A DNA stretch of 64,000 nucleotides from positions 1-64,000 of the IMG/VR virus record IMGVR_UViG_3300023235_000008; one strand, given 5' to 3'. Every line of letters starts with the position of its first letter. Position 1 is the stretch's first letter. Positions 1 through 8,015 of the stretch are shown here, piece by piece. Position numbers and translations under genes: made by a program. The notes under the pieces are model-generated. The model made no database searches and was not told the DNA's origin. It saw nothing but the letters and a program-made list of their open reading frames with translations.

Positions 1-130
1 TCCATATATATGATACAATGGGCCTGATGCCTTTCGTATCGATTAATAGTAATAATAACCCCTTGACAGATTCCATATATATGATACAATGGGCTTGATG
101 CCTGACGTAATAGTGTGTGATATAGTAGCC
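1..130 (+). promoter_or_regulatory. Promoter-repeat array (left part runs off the window)
   Basis: TTGACA(63-68)-N16-TACAAT(85-90) with an extended TG, followed by GGGCTTGATGCCT; a second partial unit at 1-38. The same units recur at 2400-2880. Confidence 0.75.
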
Positions 131-167
131 TATTGACATACGATGCATTATGGTGTAGAGTAACTAT

Positions 168-275
168 ATGACATGCGAAATGGAAATTAATGATTGGGCA
201 CGGCACGTTGGACTATGGACGGTAAACTGCATAGAACCGATGGAAGCATTTTGGTGGACATTGAAACATGACTGA
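168..275 (+). pseudogene. Collapsed HRxDGPA-repeat gene remnant
   Basis: 35-codon leaderless ORF ending EAFWWTLKHD; an alternative frame reads WTMDGKLHRTDG, indicating deletion plus frameshift. Confidence 0.65.
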
Positions 276-873
276 ACCAAGATTTGATGCAAATGGTAGC
301 AAATATTGGTATTTGAATGGTGAACGTCATAGAACAGACGGACCAGCTATTGAATATGCAAATGGCGACAAGTATTGGTATTTGAATGGTGAACGTCATA
401 GAACAGACGGACCAGCTATTGAATATGCAAATGGCGACAAGTATTGGTATATTAATGGCTTACGTCATAGAACTGATGGCCCTGCCATTGTAAATTCAAA
501 TGGCGACAAGTTTTGGTACTTTAATGGTAAACTACATAGAGAAGATGGACCTGCCATTGAATTTGCACATGGCGACAAATATTGGTACTTGAATGGCGAA
601 CGACATCGAGTAGATGGTCCTGCTGTTGAAGATGCAAATGGCACCAAAGCTTGGTATTTGAATGACGAACGACATAGAGAAGATGGACCAGCCATTGAAG
701 AATATGGCAACATGTATTGGTATTTGAATGGTGAACGTCATAGAACAGACGGACCTGCCGTCGAAGCGGCAAATGGCGACAAGTATTGGTATTTGAATGG
801 TTTCTCCGTTCATATGGAAGACGTAATCACTGATCCAAAAGAACAGTTCTGGTGGACATTGAAACATGACTGA
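268..873 (+). CDS. HRxDGPA (MORN-variant-like) repeat protein, 7 repeats
   Basis: Repeats of about 23 aa, W(Y/F)xNGxxHRxDGPA, with conserved tail MEDVITDPKEQFWW. Confidence 0.9.
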   Translation: MTEPRFDANGSKYWYLNGERHRTDGPAIEYANGDKYWYLNGERHRTDGPAIEYANGDKYWYINGLRHRTDGPAIVNSNGDKFWYFNGKLHREDGPAIEFAHGDKYWYLNGERHRVDGPAVEDANGTKAWYLNDERHREDGPAIEEYGNMYWYLNGERHRTDGPAVEAANGDKYWYLNGFSVHMEDVITDPKEQFWWTLKHD

Positions 874-1117
874 ATATCCAACTGGTGCCAAGTTTTGGTA
901 TATTAATGGCAAACGTCATAGAACAGATGGACCAGCAATCGAATATCCAACTGGTAGCAAACATTGGTATATTAATGGCAAACTACATAGAACAGATGGA
1001 CCTGCCGTTGTACGTGTAGATGGCACCAATGGCTGGTGTTTGAATGGCATACAAGTTACTATGGAAGACGTATTGACTGAACAGGAAGCATTTTGGTGGA
1101 GAATGAAACATGAATGA
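866..1117 (+). CDS. HRxDGPA repeat protein, 2 repeats
   Basis: Same repeat; tail VTMEDVLTEQEAFWW; start overlaps the upstream stop. Confidence 0.9.
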   Translation: MTEYPTGAKFWYINGKRHRTDGPAIEYPTGSKHWYINGKLHRTDGPAVVRVDGTNGWCLNGIQVTMEDVLTEQEAFWWRMKHE

Positions 1118-1340
1118 CGATAAACAATCGTTTTGGGATAGTTTACGTATGCCACCCGACATAAGAAAAAACTGTCTTAACTGTAAGCATTTCGCATTTC
1201 ATAATAATCCCAATATACGCTATACAAATGCTAGGGATAACTGTAACCACCCGACAGCAGGAGTTCGAAAGAAACGGCGGTGCTGGGCAGCAGACAGTGA
1301 TGAAAAACGCCTTTGGAGATATAAACGATTCGTAGAATAA
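1110..1340 (+). CDS. KEFW-CxxC cassette-family small protein
   Basis: Leader MNDDKQSFWDSLRMP, CLNC plus two more Cys, terminal LWRY. Confidence 0.75.
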   Translation: MNDDKQSFWDSLRMPPDIRKNCLNCKHFAFHNNPNIRYTNARDNCNHPTAGVRKKRRCWAADSDEKRLWRYKRFVE

Positions 1341-1343
1341 CAC

Positions 1344-1371
1344 TTGACAATATTGTTGTTTTGCGTATAAT
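1344..1371 (+). promoter_or_regulatory. Sigma70-like early promoter (leaderless uvsE)
   Basis: TTGACA-N16-TATAAT, then 6 nt, then ATG at 1378. Confidence 0.8.
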
Positions 1372-1377
1372 CTTATT

Positions 1378-2403
1378 ATGAATTATTTTGACCAATCAAT
1401 ACAGCGTGTCGGCTTTGCATGTAAGTATATGCATCCCGACCAATCGCTCACCAAGAAGTTGCTGGAAGACGTTCAGCGACCGTTCAATGGCAAGACCACT
1501 ACTGCTCGTTGGCTTGCTTCACAATCATGCATTGATATAGCCGAACAGCGATTATATGAACTTGCCAAGTTTAACTGTGAATCAGTTATCAATCTTATCA
1601 AATATGTAGCCAGCTTGCCGCCTAATCAGCGTATGTTGCGCATCGGCAGTGACGTTCTACCAATGTATACCCATCCTGATTGGAAATACTTCTATAATAA
1701 TGATGTAAAACATCACGTTTCATCACGACTCAAACAGGCTGGCGACCTTGCACGTGATAATGATGTGCGACTATCAATGCATCCCGGTCAGTTTACCGTG
1801 CTTGCCAGTGACAACCCCGATATTGTAGAAAACTCTATTCGTGAGTTTGAATATCATGCTGACATTGCACGTATGATGGGTTATGGCGAAAACTTCATGG
1901 ACTTCAAAATTAACGTGCATATCTCTGGTCGCAACGGTCCCGATGGCATCGATGCCATTCTACCACGCTTGTCTACAGAAGCACGTAACTGTATCACTAT
2001 CGAGAATGATGAGAATGCGTGGGGTATTGACAGTTCACTTGACCTTGCTAATGACCTAGCACTTGTCCTTGACATACATCATCACTGGTGCCGTGAAGGC
2101 GAATACATACAGCCTACCGACGACCGATTCAAACGTGTCATTGACAGTTGGCGTGGTGTGCGTCCTACCATCCACTATAGCTTATCACGTGAGGATATCC
2201 TTATTGACCATCCTACCGATGTTATGCCCGATATGCCTACGTTGCTTGAGGATGGATACAAGAAACATAAACTACGTGCACACAGTGATATGATGTGGAA
2301 TACAGCGTGTAATCAATGGGCTGAATCATTCTTGCCATATGCTGACATCATGATCGAAGCCAAACATAAAAATCTTGCGTCTAGCGCATTGATTAACACT
2401 TGA
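1378..2403 (+). CDS. uvsE: UV damage endonuclease (UvdE/UvsE)
   Basis: Motifs GFACKY, MLRIGSD, RLSMHPGQFTVLAS, IENDE, LVLDIHHH, HYS, RAHSD, IEAKHK. Confidence 0.95.
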   Translation: MNYFDQSIQRVGFACKYMHPDQSLTKKLLEDVQRPFNGKTTTARWLASQSCIDIAEQRLYELAKFNCESVINLIKYVASLPPNQRMLRIGSDVLPMYTHPDWKYFYNNDVKHHVSSRLKQAGDLARDNDVRLSMHPGQFTVLASDNPDIVENSIREFEYHADIARMMGYGENFMDFKINVHISGRNGPDGIDAILPRLSTEARNCITIENDENAWGIDSSLDLANDLALVLDIHHHWCREGEYIQPTDDRFKRVIDSWRGVRPTIHYSLSREDILIDHPTDVMPDMPTLLEDGYKKHKLRAHSDMMWNTACNQWAESFLPYADIMIEAKHKNLASSALINT

Positions 2404-2878
2404 CATAAAGCGTATATGTGTTACAATGACTTTCGTATGGATTAATAGTAATAATAACGCATAAAAACATGTTATAATGGTGGTGATACCCGACCCACCA
2501 ATAATAAAAACAGTGGTATTATAACACATATACTCAATGCTGTCAACCCTTGCCATATATGTGATACAATGGGCTTGATGCCTGACGTATAATCATTCTA
2601 TCACCGTGAAATAAACGCTTGACAAAGTTTCTATGTGTGTTACAATGGACTGATGCCTGCGTAGTAATAATAAAAAAACGGCGTATCACTACCAGTATAA
2701 CACGTTTTCATATACTGTCAAGCAATCTTTTACCTTGACATAAAACATATATGTGTTAGAATGGACTGATGCCTACAGAATCGTTTTCAAATCAAACGTA
2801 TCACTACCAGTATAACACGTTTTCATCCATAGTCAAGTAAAAAGATTGCTTGACACAATGTATACCATATAGCATAAT
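2400..2878. promoter_or_regulatory. Dense array of forward and reverse sigma70-like promoters with no real ORF
   Basis: Forward: TTGACA-N16-TACAAT/TAGAAT at 2400, 2619 and 2735; TTGACA-N17-CATAAT at 2850; extended -10 at 2562-2570. Reverse: TTGACA-N17-TATAAT (2546-2518) and TTGAC(A/T)-N16-TATACT pairs. An exact 30-bp repeat lies at 2682-2711 and 2797-2826. Confidence 0.8.
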
Positions 2879-2880
2879 GA

Positions 2881-2937
2881 ACGTACAATAATATTGAGTG
2901 TAAAAATGCACTGTTCTGGTGGAAGATGAAAACATGA
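2881..2937 (+). pseudogene. Orphan tail of an HRxDGPA gene
   Basis: Reads TYNNIECKNALFWWKMKT*; CTGTTCTGGTGGAAGATGAAAACATGA is identical to the tails of downstream paralogs. Confidence 0.6.
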
Positions 2938-3335
2938 CTGAACCGATATGTCATACTTATGCAAATGGCGACAAGTATTGGTATCTACATGGCAAACTAC
3001 ATAGAACAGATGGACCAGCTGTTGAATATGCAAATGGCGACAAGTATTGGTTATTCAATGGTGAATCGCATAGGGAAGACGGACCAGCCATTGAAGAATC
3101 AAATGGTAGCAAGTGGTGGTTTAAGAATGGCGAAGTTCATAGGGATGACGGACCCGCCATTGAATATACAAATGGCACCAAAGAATGGTATTTGAATGAT
3201 AAACTACATAGAACAGATGGACCTGCCGTTGTACGTGCAAATGACACCGAATGGCGGTTGAATGGCGAACGTGTTACTATGGAAGACGTAATCACCGATC
3301 CAAAAGAACTGTTCTGGTGGAAGATGAAAACATGA
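2934..3335 (+). CDS. HRxDGPA repeat protein, 4 repeats
   Basis: Start at MTEPICHTY (ATGA overlap); conserved tail VTMEDVITDPKELFWWKMKT. Confidence 0.9.
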   Translation: MTEPICHTYANGDKYWYLHGKLHRTDGPAVEYANGDKYWLFNGESHREDGPAIEESNGSKWWFKNGEVHRDDGPAIEYTNGTKEWYLNDKLHRTDGPAVVRANDTEWRLNGERVTMEDVITDPKELFWWKMKT

Positions 3336-3730
3336 CTGAACCGATATGTCATACTTATGAAGATGGCACCAAACGTTGGTATACGAATGATAAACTTCAC
3401 AGAGAAGATGGACCTGCTGTTGAATATGCAAATGGTAGCAAATCTTGGTATCTACATGGCTTACGTCATAGAACAGATGGACCAGCAATCGAATCATATG
3501 GCAACATGTATTGGTATCTACATGGCAAACGTCATAGAGAAGATGGACCTGCTGTCGAAAATGTAAATGGCAACATGTATTGGTATCAATATGGCAAACG
3601 TCATAGAACAGATGGACCTGCTGTCATTTGCACGTACAACACCGAATGGCGGTTGAATGGCGAACGTGTTACTATGGAAGACGTAATCACCGATCCAAAA
3701 GAACTGTTCTGGTGGAAGTTAAGATCATGA
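3332..3730 (+). CDS. HRxDGPA repeat protein, 4 repeats
   Basis: Start corrected to the ATGA overlap (the ORF-track extension is the shifted frame of the previous tail). Confidence 0.9.
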   Translation: MTEPICHTYEDGTKRWYTNDKLHREDGPAVEYANGSKSWYLHGLRHRTDGPAIESYGNMYWYLHGKRHREDGPAVENVNGNMYWYQYGKRHRTDGPAVICTYNTEWRLNGERVTMEDVITDPKELFWWKLRS

Positions 3731-4062
3731 ATAAAAATGGAATGCATACCGATGCAAATGGCACCAAAGCTTGGTACTTTAATGATAAACTTCATAGAAC
3801 AGATGGACCTGCTATTGAAGAATCAAATGGCACCAAAGCTTGGTACTTGAATGGTGAATATCATCGAACAGATGGCCCTGCTATTGAATTTACAAATGGC
3901 GACAAACAATGGTTCAAGAATGGCAAACGTCATAGAACAGATGGACCTGCCATTGAGTTTGCTAATGGCAACAAGTATTGGTATTTGAATGGCGAACGTG
4001 TTACTATGGAAGACGTAATCACCGATCCAAAAGAACTGTTCTGGTGGAAGATGAAAACATGA
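3727..4062 (+). CDS. HRxDGPA repeat protein, 3 repeats
   Basis: MNKNGMHTDANGTKAW..., conserved tail; ATGA overlap. Confidence 0.9.
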   Translation: MNKNGMHTDANGTKAWYFNDKLHRTDGPAIEESNGTKAWYLNGEYHRTDGPAIEFTNGDKQWFKNGKRHRTDGPAIEFANGNKYWYLNGERVTMEDVITDPKELFWWKMKT

Positions 4063-4322
4063 CTGAACCGATATGTCATACTTATGAAGATGGCACCAAA
4101 TCTTGGTATTTGAATGATAAACTACATAGAACAGATGGCCCTGCCGTCGAATATGCAAATGGCACCAAACGTTGGTACTTGAATGATAAACTACATAGAA
4201 CAGATGGACCAGCTGTTGTACGTGCAAATGACACCGAATGGCGGTTGTATGGCGAACGTGTTACTATGGAAGACGTAATCACCGATCCAAAAGAACAGTT
4301 CTGGTGGAAACTAATATCTTGA
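4059..4322 (+). CDS. HRxDGPA repeat protein, 2 repeats
   Basis: MTEPICHTYEDG..., conserved tail; ATGA overlap. Confidence 0.9.
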   Translation: MTEPICHTYEDGTKSWYLNDKLHRTDGPAVEYANGTKRWYLNDKLHRTDGPAVVRANDTEWRLYGERVTMEDVITDPKEQFWWKLIS

Positions 4323-4351
4323 CATTACTACATTATATGATATATTAAATC

Positions 4352-4954
4352 ATGATGATGAAAAAACACACAATCAGTGTAATAGCATTACTAACAGCAT
4401 ATGCCGTAGGTAGCACACTATTGCACATATACCCCGAAAAACCAATGGTCCTCGTGCCCGCACCCATATCACCCGTATACGTAGAAATCCTCCCCGAACT
4501 ATATCCATGGGAAGATGCAAACGGAACACTACTAGACTGTAGTAAAGAACGTAGCGAACGTATCGCATTGGCTTGTAACATATACCATGAAGCACGTTCC
4601 GAAAGCCTACGTGGACAAGTAGCAGTGGCATTAGTAACACGTAATCGTGTCCTTTCAAAGAAATACCCCAATACATATGAAGAAGTGGTATGGGATATCA
4701 GACGTTCAGCTAAAACAAAACGTAAAGTGGCACAGTTCTCTTGGGCACTAGATGGTAAACACGATAGGGTATATGAACAACAAGCGTGGCGAACAGCTTG
4801 GGAAATCGCAGGGGATATATTAGCCAATAAATATACAGACTTTACAGAAGGTGCACTATGGTATCATACCAAAGCAGTTAATCCACGATGGAATAAACGT
4901 TTCAATGTTTCTACTATCATTGGGGATCATATCTTCTATGTCACACGAAACTGA
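4352..4954 (+). CDS. Cell-wall hydrolase, SleB/CwlJ (Hydrolase_2) family
   Basis: N-terminal TM segment; LACNIYHEARSE, GQVAVALVTRNRV, QFSW, GALWYH, IGDHIFY; leaderless promoter at 4319-4346. Confidence 0.9.
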   Translation: MMMKKHTISVIALLTAYAVGSTLLHIYPEKPMVLVPAPISPVYVEILPELYPWEDANGTLLDCSKERSERIALACNIYHEARSESLRGQVAVALVTRNRVLSKKYPNTYEEVVWDIRRSAKTKRKVAQFSWALDGKHDRVYEQQAWRTAWEIAGDILANKYTDFTEGALWYHTKAVNPRWNKRFNVSTIIGDHIFYVTRN

Positions 4955-5074
4955 TACAAAACTTGGCGGAAAGAAAATGGTCAACTTCATAGAGAAGATG
5001 GTCCAGCCGCTTATCCATATGATAACTGGGAATGGAATAAAATGACTGACAAAGAACATGGTATTTTGGAATAA
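4955..5074 (+). pseudogene. Chimeric remnant: HRxDGPA repeat fused to a WEWN cassette end
   Basis: Reads TWRKENGQLHREDGPAAYPYDNWEWNKMTDKEHGILE*; the ATG at 4938 is one A short of being in frame. Confidence 0.65.
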
Positions 5075-5219
5075 GTTACGTGAACCTATCAAAAAAGGGT
5101 GTTTCAATTGTCGGTATGAGAGAACCATACAAAAAAGTATGTATGAAAAAGATTCTAAAATGATGAATAACCCTGTTTATCCAGATGATAACTGGGAATG
5201 GAATGGCAAATGTGAATAA
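5058..5219 (+). CDS. KEFW-CxxC cassette-family protein (53 aa, not in ORF track)
   Basis: MVFWNKLREPIKKGCFNC...YPDDNWEWNGKCE. Confidence 0.7.
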   Translation: MVFWNKLREPIKKGCFNCRYERTIQKSMYEKDSKMMNNPVYPDDNWEWNGKCE

Positions 5220-5224
5220 AGAAG

Positions 5225-5284
5225 ATGGTATTTTGGAATAAGTTACGTGAACCAGTTGACAACTGGGAATGGAATGGCAAATGA
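5225..5284 (+). other. Empty cassette: leader joined directly to the WEWNG end (19 aa)
   Basis: MVFWNKLREPVDNWEWNGK*; the 5' part duplicates 5058-5086. Confidence 0.75.
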
Positions 5285-5344
5285 TATAGTATTACGTGTG
5301 GTAAATGTCATGAACGCCCGACACGTATACTGGGAATGGAATAA
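5285..5344 (+). pseudogene. Cassette fragment (CGKCHE core plus WEWN end in another frame)
   Basis: TCGKCHE matches the 22286 member; TACTGGGAATGGAATAAA follows out of frame. Confidence 0.55.
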
Positions 5345-5382
5345 ACATTGACAACATTAGTAATAACTGCTAGTATACATTA

Positions 5383-5544
5383 ATGAATAAAGAAAAGTTT
5401 TGGAAGTCATTAAGTCATAACTGTGCTAATAACAGTCGAGGATACAATCAATCAGTGTATTGCAAAATCAAATCGTGCACTTCGTCGGCAAGTATGAGGG
5501 AGTATGGTGAAGTGTTTTGGGAATGGGATGGAAATGACGGATAA
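5383..5544 (+). CDS. KEFW cassette-family protein (53 aa, not in ORF track)
   Basis: MNKEKFWKSLSHNC...C...C...FWEWDGNDG; leaderless promoter TTGACA(5348)-N17-TAGTAT-N6-ATG. Confidence 0.75.
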   Translation: MNKEKFWKSLSHNCANNSRGYNQSVYCKIKSCTSSASMREYGEVFWEWDGNDG

Positions 5545-5779
5545 AGAAAAGTTTTGGAAAACGTTACGTGAACCGTCTGAGAAATCATGTAAAAACTGTA
5601 AATGGCGATATGATATAAAATCAGTTAAACTGAATGAAGATGGTTCGGAATGCACTTCAGAGGATTACGACCATATTGGTGATATTTGTGAAGCGTGTAC
5701 AATGAATAGGCACATCAGGAGTAATAATGACACATCGAATGTTATCCTGCCTAAATGGCAATGGAATAATAAACATTGA
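5534..5779 (+). CDS. KEFW-CxxC cassette-family protein
   Basis: MTDKEKFWKTLREPSEKSCKNC...CEAC...WQWNN. Confidence 0.8.
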   Translation: MTDKEKFWKTLREPSEKSCKNCKWRYDIKSVKLNEDGSECTSEDYDHIGDICEACTMNRHIRSNNDTSNVILPKWQWNNKH

Positions 5780-5786
5780 CAACACC

Positions 5787-5929
5787 ATGGAATAAAGATT
5801 AAGTGAACCTAATAAAAAAGGTTGCTTTAACTGTCGGTTCGGACTACTTATATTGTCGTAAATGCGAACAATCAGGGTTATTCATCATTTCTGTATCCAG
5901 ACAACTGGGAATGGGATGGTTTGGCATAA
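5787..5929 (+). pseudogene. Frameshifted KEFW cassette
   Basis: LSEPNKKGCFNCRF, YCRKCEQ and YPDNWEWDGLA lie in three different frames. Confidence 0.65.
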
Positions 5930-6001
5930 TCTGAAATGTCCTACTAATCGTACAGTTGGCGTGGTTGATGCACGTTGAATTGATCGTTTTGCGTATTAGG
6001 A

Positions 6002-6290
6002 ATGGAATGGCGTGACGTAATGAAAGCCTTTTTTAAATTATTTAGAGAACTAAACGGACGTTATACTAATTACAATGGTCATAGAACTGACGGGCCATCT
6101 ATTGAACGTGTTACTATGGAAGATGGAATCATGAATGATGATGTTGTATGTGTGACAGATTCATATGGCAATAAGGCTTGGTATTTGAATGGCTTATGCT
6201 ATTGATTGTTAATGGCATCAATGACTGGTATTTACATGATAAAGAATATGATGTATTATCTGGGAAGGAAGCAATTGGGTATTGACGTAT
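6002..6290 (+). pseudogene. Decayed HRxDGPA gene fragments
   Basis: NGHRTDGPSIERVTMED joined to YGNKAWYLNG, followed by stops. Confidence 0.55.
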
Positions 6291-6519
6291 GACTGATGAT
6301 AAGGAAGAGTTTTGGAAGTCATTGACTACTATGCCTGTTATTGAGCGTTCCTGTGATAACTGTCGTTGGTTTAATGGTAAGTTTTGTATTGAGCCTATAT
6401 CTCTCCGCAATGACATTACGACTTGTATGTATGTTTATAGCGATGTTGATTATGATTCTGCGTATGTTAGTTATACTGGTTACAGTTTACCTAAATGGGA
6501 GCGTCGGGAGAATGATTGA
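6289..6519 (+). CDS. KEFW-CxxC cassette-family protein
   Basis: MTDDKEEFWKSLTTMP...CDNC...C...C...LPKWERR. Confidence 0.8.
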   Translation: MTDDKEEFWKSLTTMPVIERSCDNCRWFNGKFCIEPISLRNDITTCMYVYSDVDYDSAYVSYTGYSLPKWERREND

Positions 6520-6841
6520 ATGTAAGACTGATGATGCTGGCAACAAGTTTTGGTTTTTGAATGGTGAATATCATAGGGAAGACGGACCAGCTATTGAGTT
6601 TGCTAATGGCGACACGGTATGGTATATTAATGGCGAACGTCATAGGGAAGATGGTCCTGCTATTGAGTTTGCTAATGGCGACAAGTTTTGGTATAATCAT
6701 GACAATCGACATAGGGAAGATGGACCAGCTATTGAGTTTGCTAATGGCAACAAGTCTTGGTATTTACATGGTAAAGAAGTTACTGTGTATGATGTATTGA
6801 CTGATCCGAGAGAACAGTTTTGGTGGAAGATGAAATCATGA
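6512..6841 (+). CDS. HRxDGPA repeat protein, 3 repeats
   Basis: MIECKTDDAGNKFW...; tail VLTDPREQFWWKMKS; start corrected from 6341. Confidence 0.85.
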   Translation: MIECKTDDAGNKFWFLNGEYHREDGPAIEFANGDTVWYINGERHREDGPAIEFANGDKFWYNHDNRHREDGPAIEFANGNKSWYLHGKEVTVYDVLTDPREQFWWKMKS

Positions 6842-7005
6842 TTGAAAAAGAATCTATAGACCGGTTTGGCAACAAGTCGTGGCATGTGGGTGTGAAGCGT
6901 CATAGAGAAGTGGTGCCCGGTAGCGAAGCGACTGTTCGTTTTCAGAACAACATATGGCGTTCCCCGCTTTCCTGTTGTGTATCACATTTGGGAAGGCAAG
7001 TGTAA
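6838..7005 (+). pseudogene. Degenerate HRxDGPA-type ORF
   Basis: FGNKSWHVGVKRHRE, after which similarity is lost. Confidence 0.45.
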
Positions 7006-7165
7006 TGTCTAAGTTCAAGGTTGGAGAAAGAGTAAGAATTGGCAGGTATAAAACATATCTACAAAATGAAATGGATGGTGTGTATGAAGGCGGGTGGGTT
7101 GTTGAACCGGAGATATAATCCAACCTGTAGATACTGGATATGAAGAAATTATCAAAAGGAAAATA

Positions 7166-7363
7166 ATGATGTCTGATATGAAACCAAGAAAATTTCGACA
7201 CTGTATTTCACGAGTCTTTATTGACGGCGATGCGTGTATTACGGATGGTGTGATTACCGAGGTTGATGGAAACCAAGTTACTTTTCAAACCTACCCTGAT
7301 TGCGGCGATCCTGTTAAGATGTTCACGGTACATGAGATGTTATCTTATATTCGAAGTGAGTGA
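7166..7363 (+). CDS. Hypothetical protein
   Basis: Co-oriented 65-aa ORF overlapping an upstream small ORF. Confidence 0.55.
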   Translation: MMSDMKPRKFRHCISRVFIDGDACITDGVITEVDGNQVTFQTYPDCGDPVKMFTVHEMLSYIRSE

Positions 7364-7438
7364 AGAACGTATCGTTGCAACGGTAGGACTTTGATCCTAA
7401 TCCTTGACATATAGTAATTGTTATGATATGGTTATGTT

Positions 7439-7603
7439 ATGAATGACAAAGAAGAATTTTGGAAAGCATTGAAGTCACCTATACGTGAGTGTAAAAACTG
7501 TGCTGTTATACATTCGTATGGTATGTCTACATTAACTAACAAGTATTGTCGTGAGTATTGTATCTCATGCGATAATTTCAGTAAGTGGATATCTGATGAA
7601 TAA
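7439..7603 (+). CDS. KEFW-CxxC cassette-family protein (54 aa, not in ORF track)
   Basis: MNDKEEFWKALKSPIRECKNC...CREYCISC...KWISDE; leaderless promoter at 7404-7432. Confidence 0.8.
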   Translation: MNDKEEFWKALKSPIRECKNCAVIHSYGMSTLTNKYCREYCISCDNFSKWISDE

Positions 7604-7624
7604 TAAAGAATATCGGATGCGGTA

Positions 7625-7834
7625 ATGGTTCTGAAGCACAAGGCTGAAGCCCCTGAATGGTTAATAGCGCATGGTGCTAATATTTGGTTAATTGATTATG
7701 ACGACACTGACGATGAAACTATATTTCGTCCTATACTTAAAGCTATTGGTCAGGACGATGAAGGAATATTTGATCCGGCGTATGTTAACTATGAAGGACG
7801 TAGTTTACCTATGTGGAAGGCACGTGATGAGTAA
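7625..7834 (+). CDS. Hypothetical protein, probable cassette member that lost its leader
   Basis: C-terminus YVNYEGRSLPMWKARDE resembles the 6289 member (YVSYTGYSLPKWERREND); an out-of-frame MNNKEY at 7596. Confidence 0.5.
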   Translation: MVLKHKAEAPEWLIAHGANIWLIDYDDTDDETIFRPILKAIGQDDEGIFDPAYVNYEGRSLPMWKARDE

Positions 7835-8015
7835 GCAGGAATTTTGGAATGATTTGCGGTCGGTGCCATTATCTGACCGTGATTGTAATAACTGTTTATA
7901 TTACACACGTAATACCACGCAGAGTTGGCTTAATTGTATATATTGTGTCCAAGATGCTAAAGATAGTAAAAAGCCTGTTGGTGCTTCGTCTGGTAGTTAT
8001 TGGAAACCAAAATGA
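7827..8015 (+). CDS. KEFW-CxxC cassette-family protein
   Basis: MSKQEFWNDLRSVP...CNNC...CIYC...YWKPK; start corrected from 7692. Confidence 0.8.
   Translation: MSKQEFWNDLRSVPLSDRDCNNCLYYTRNTTQSWLNCIYCVQDAKDSKKPVGASSGSYWKPK

Larger units (their letters stand above)
3258..4100 (+). repeat. 116-bp exact direct repeat spanning gene junctions (3258-3373 and 3985-4100)
   Basis: TTGAATGGCGAACGTG...GATGGCACCAAA is identical in both copies. Confidence 0.9.

Noticed and set aside
2400-2878. CRISPR array
   Set aside because: Repeat units are irregular in length and sequence, are built from -35/-10 boxes, and lack constant repeats with unique 30-40 nt spacers. No cas genes.
3251-4058. ORF-track N-terminal extensions such as MAVEWRTCYYGRRNHRSKRTVLVEDEN, or programmed frameshift polyproteins
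   Set aside because: They are the shifted frame of the preceding gene's conserved tail. True starts are the ATGA overlaps, and no convincing slippery site plus structure was seen.
268-4322. Diversity-generating retroelement acting on the HRxDGPA repeats
   Set aside because: No reverse transcriptase or non-coding template repeat in the window, and differences between copies are not restricted to adenines. An RT elsewhere in the genome cannot be excluded.
4952-6010. Stop-codon reassignment (TGA at 4952 followed by an in-frame repeat; TAG-GAA-TGG at about 5998)
   Set aside because: Conserved genes end at TGA or TAG at their expected lengths (bS21, ClpS, Fe-S carrier, amidinotransferase) and are not fragmented under code 11. 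These cases are local decay.
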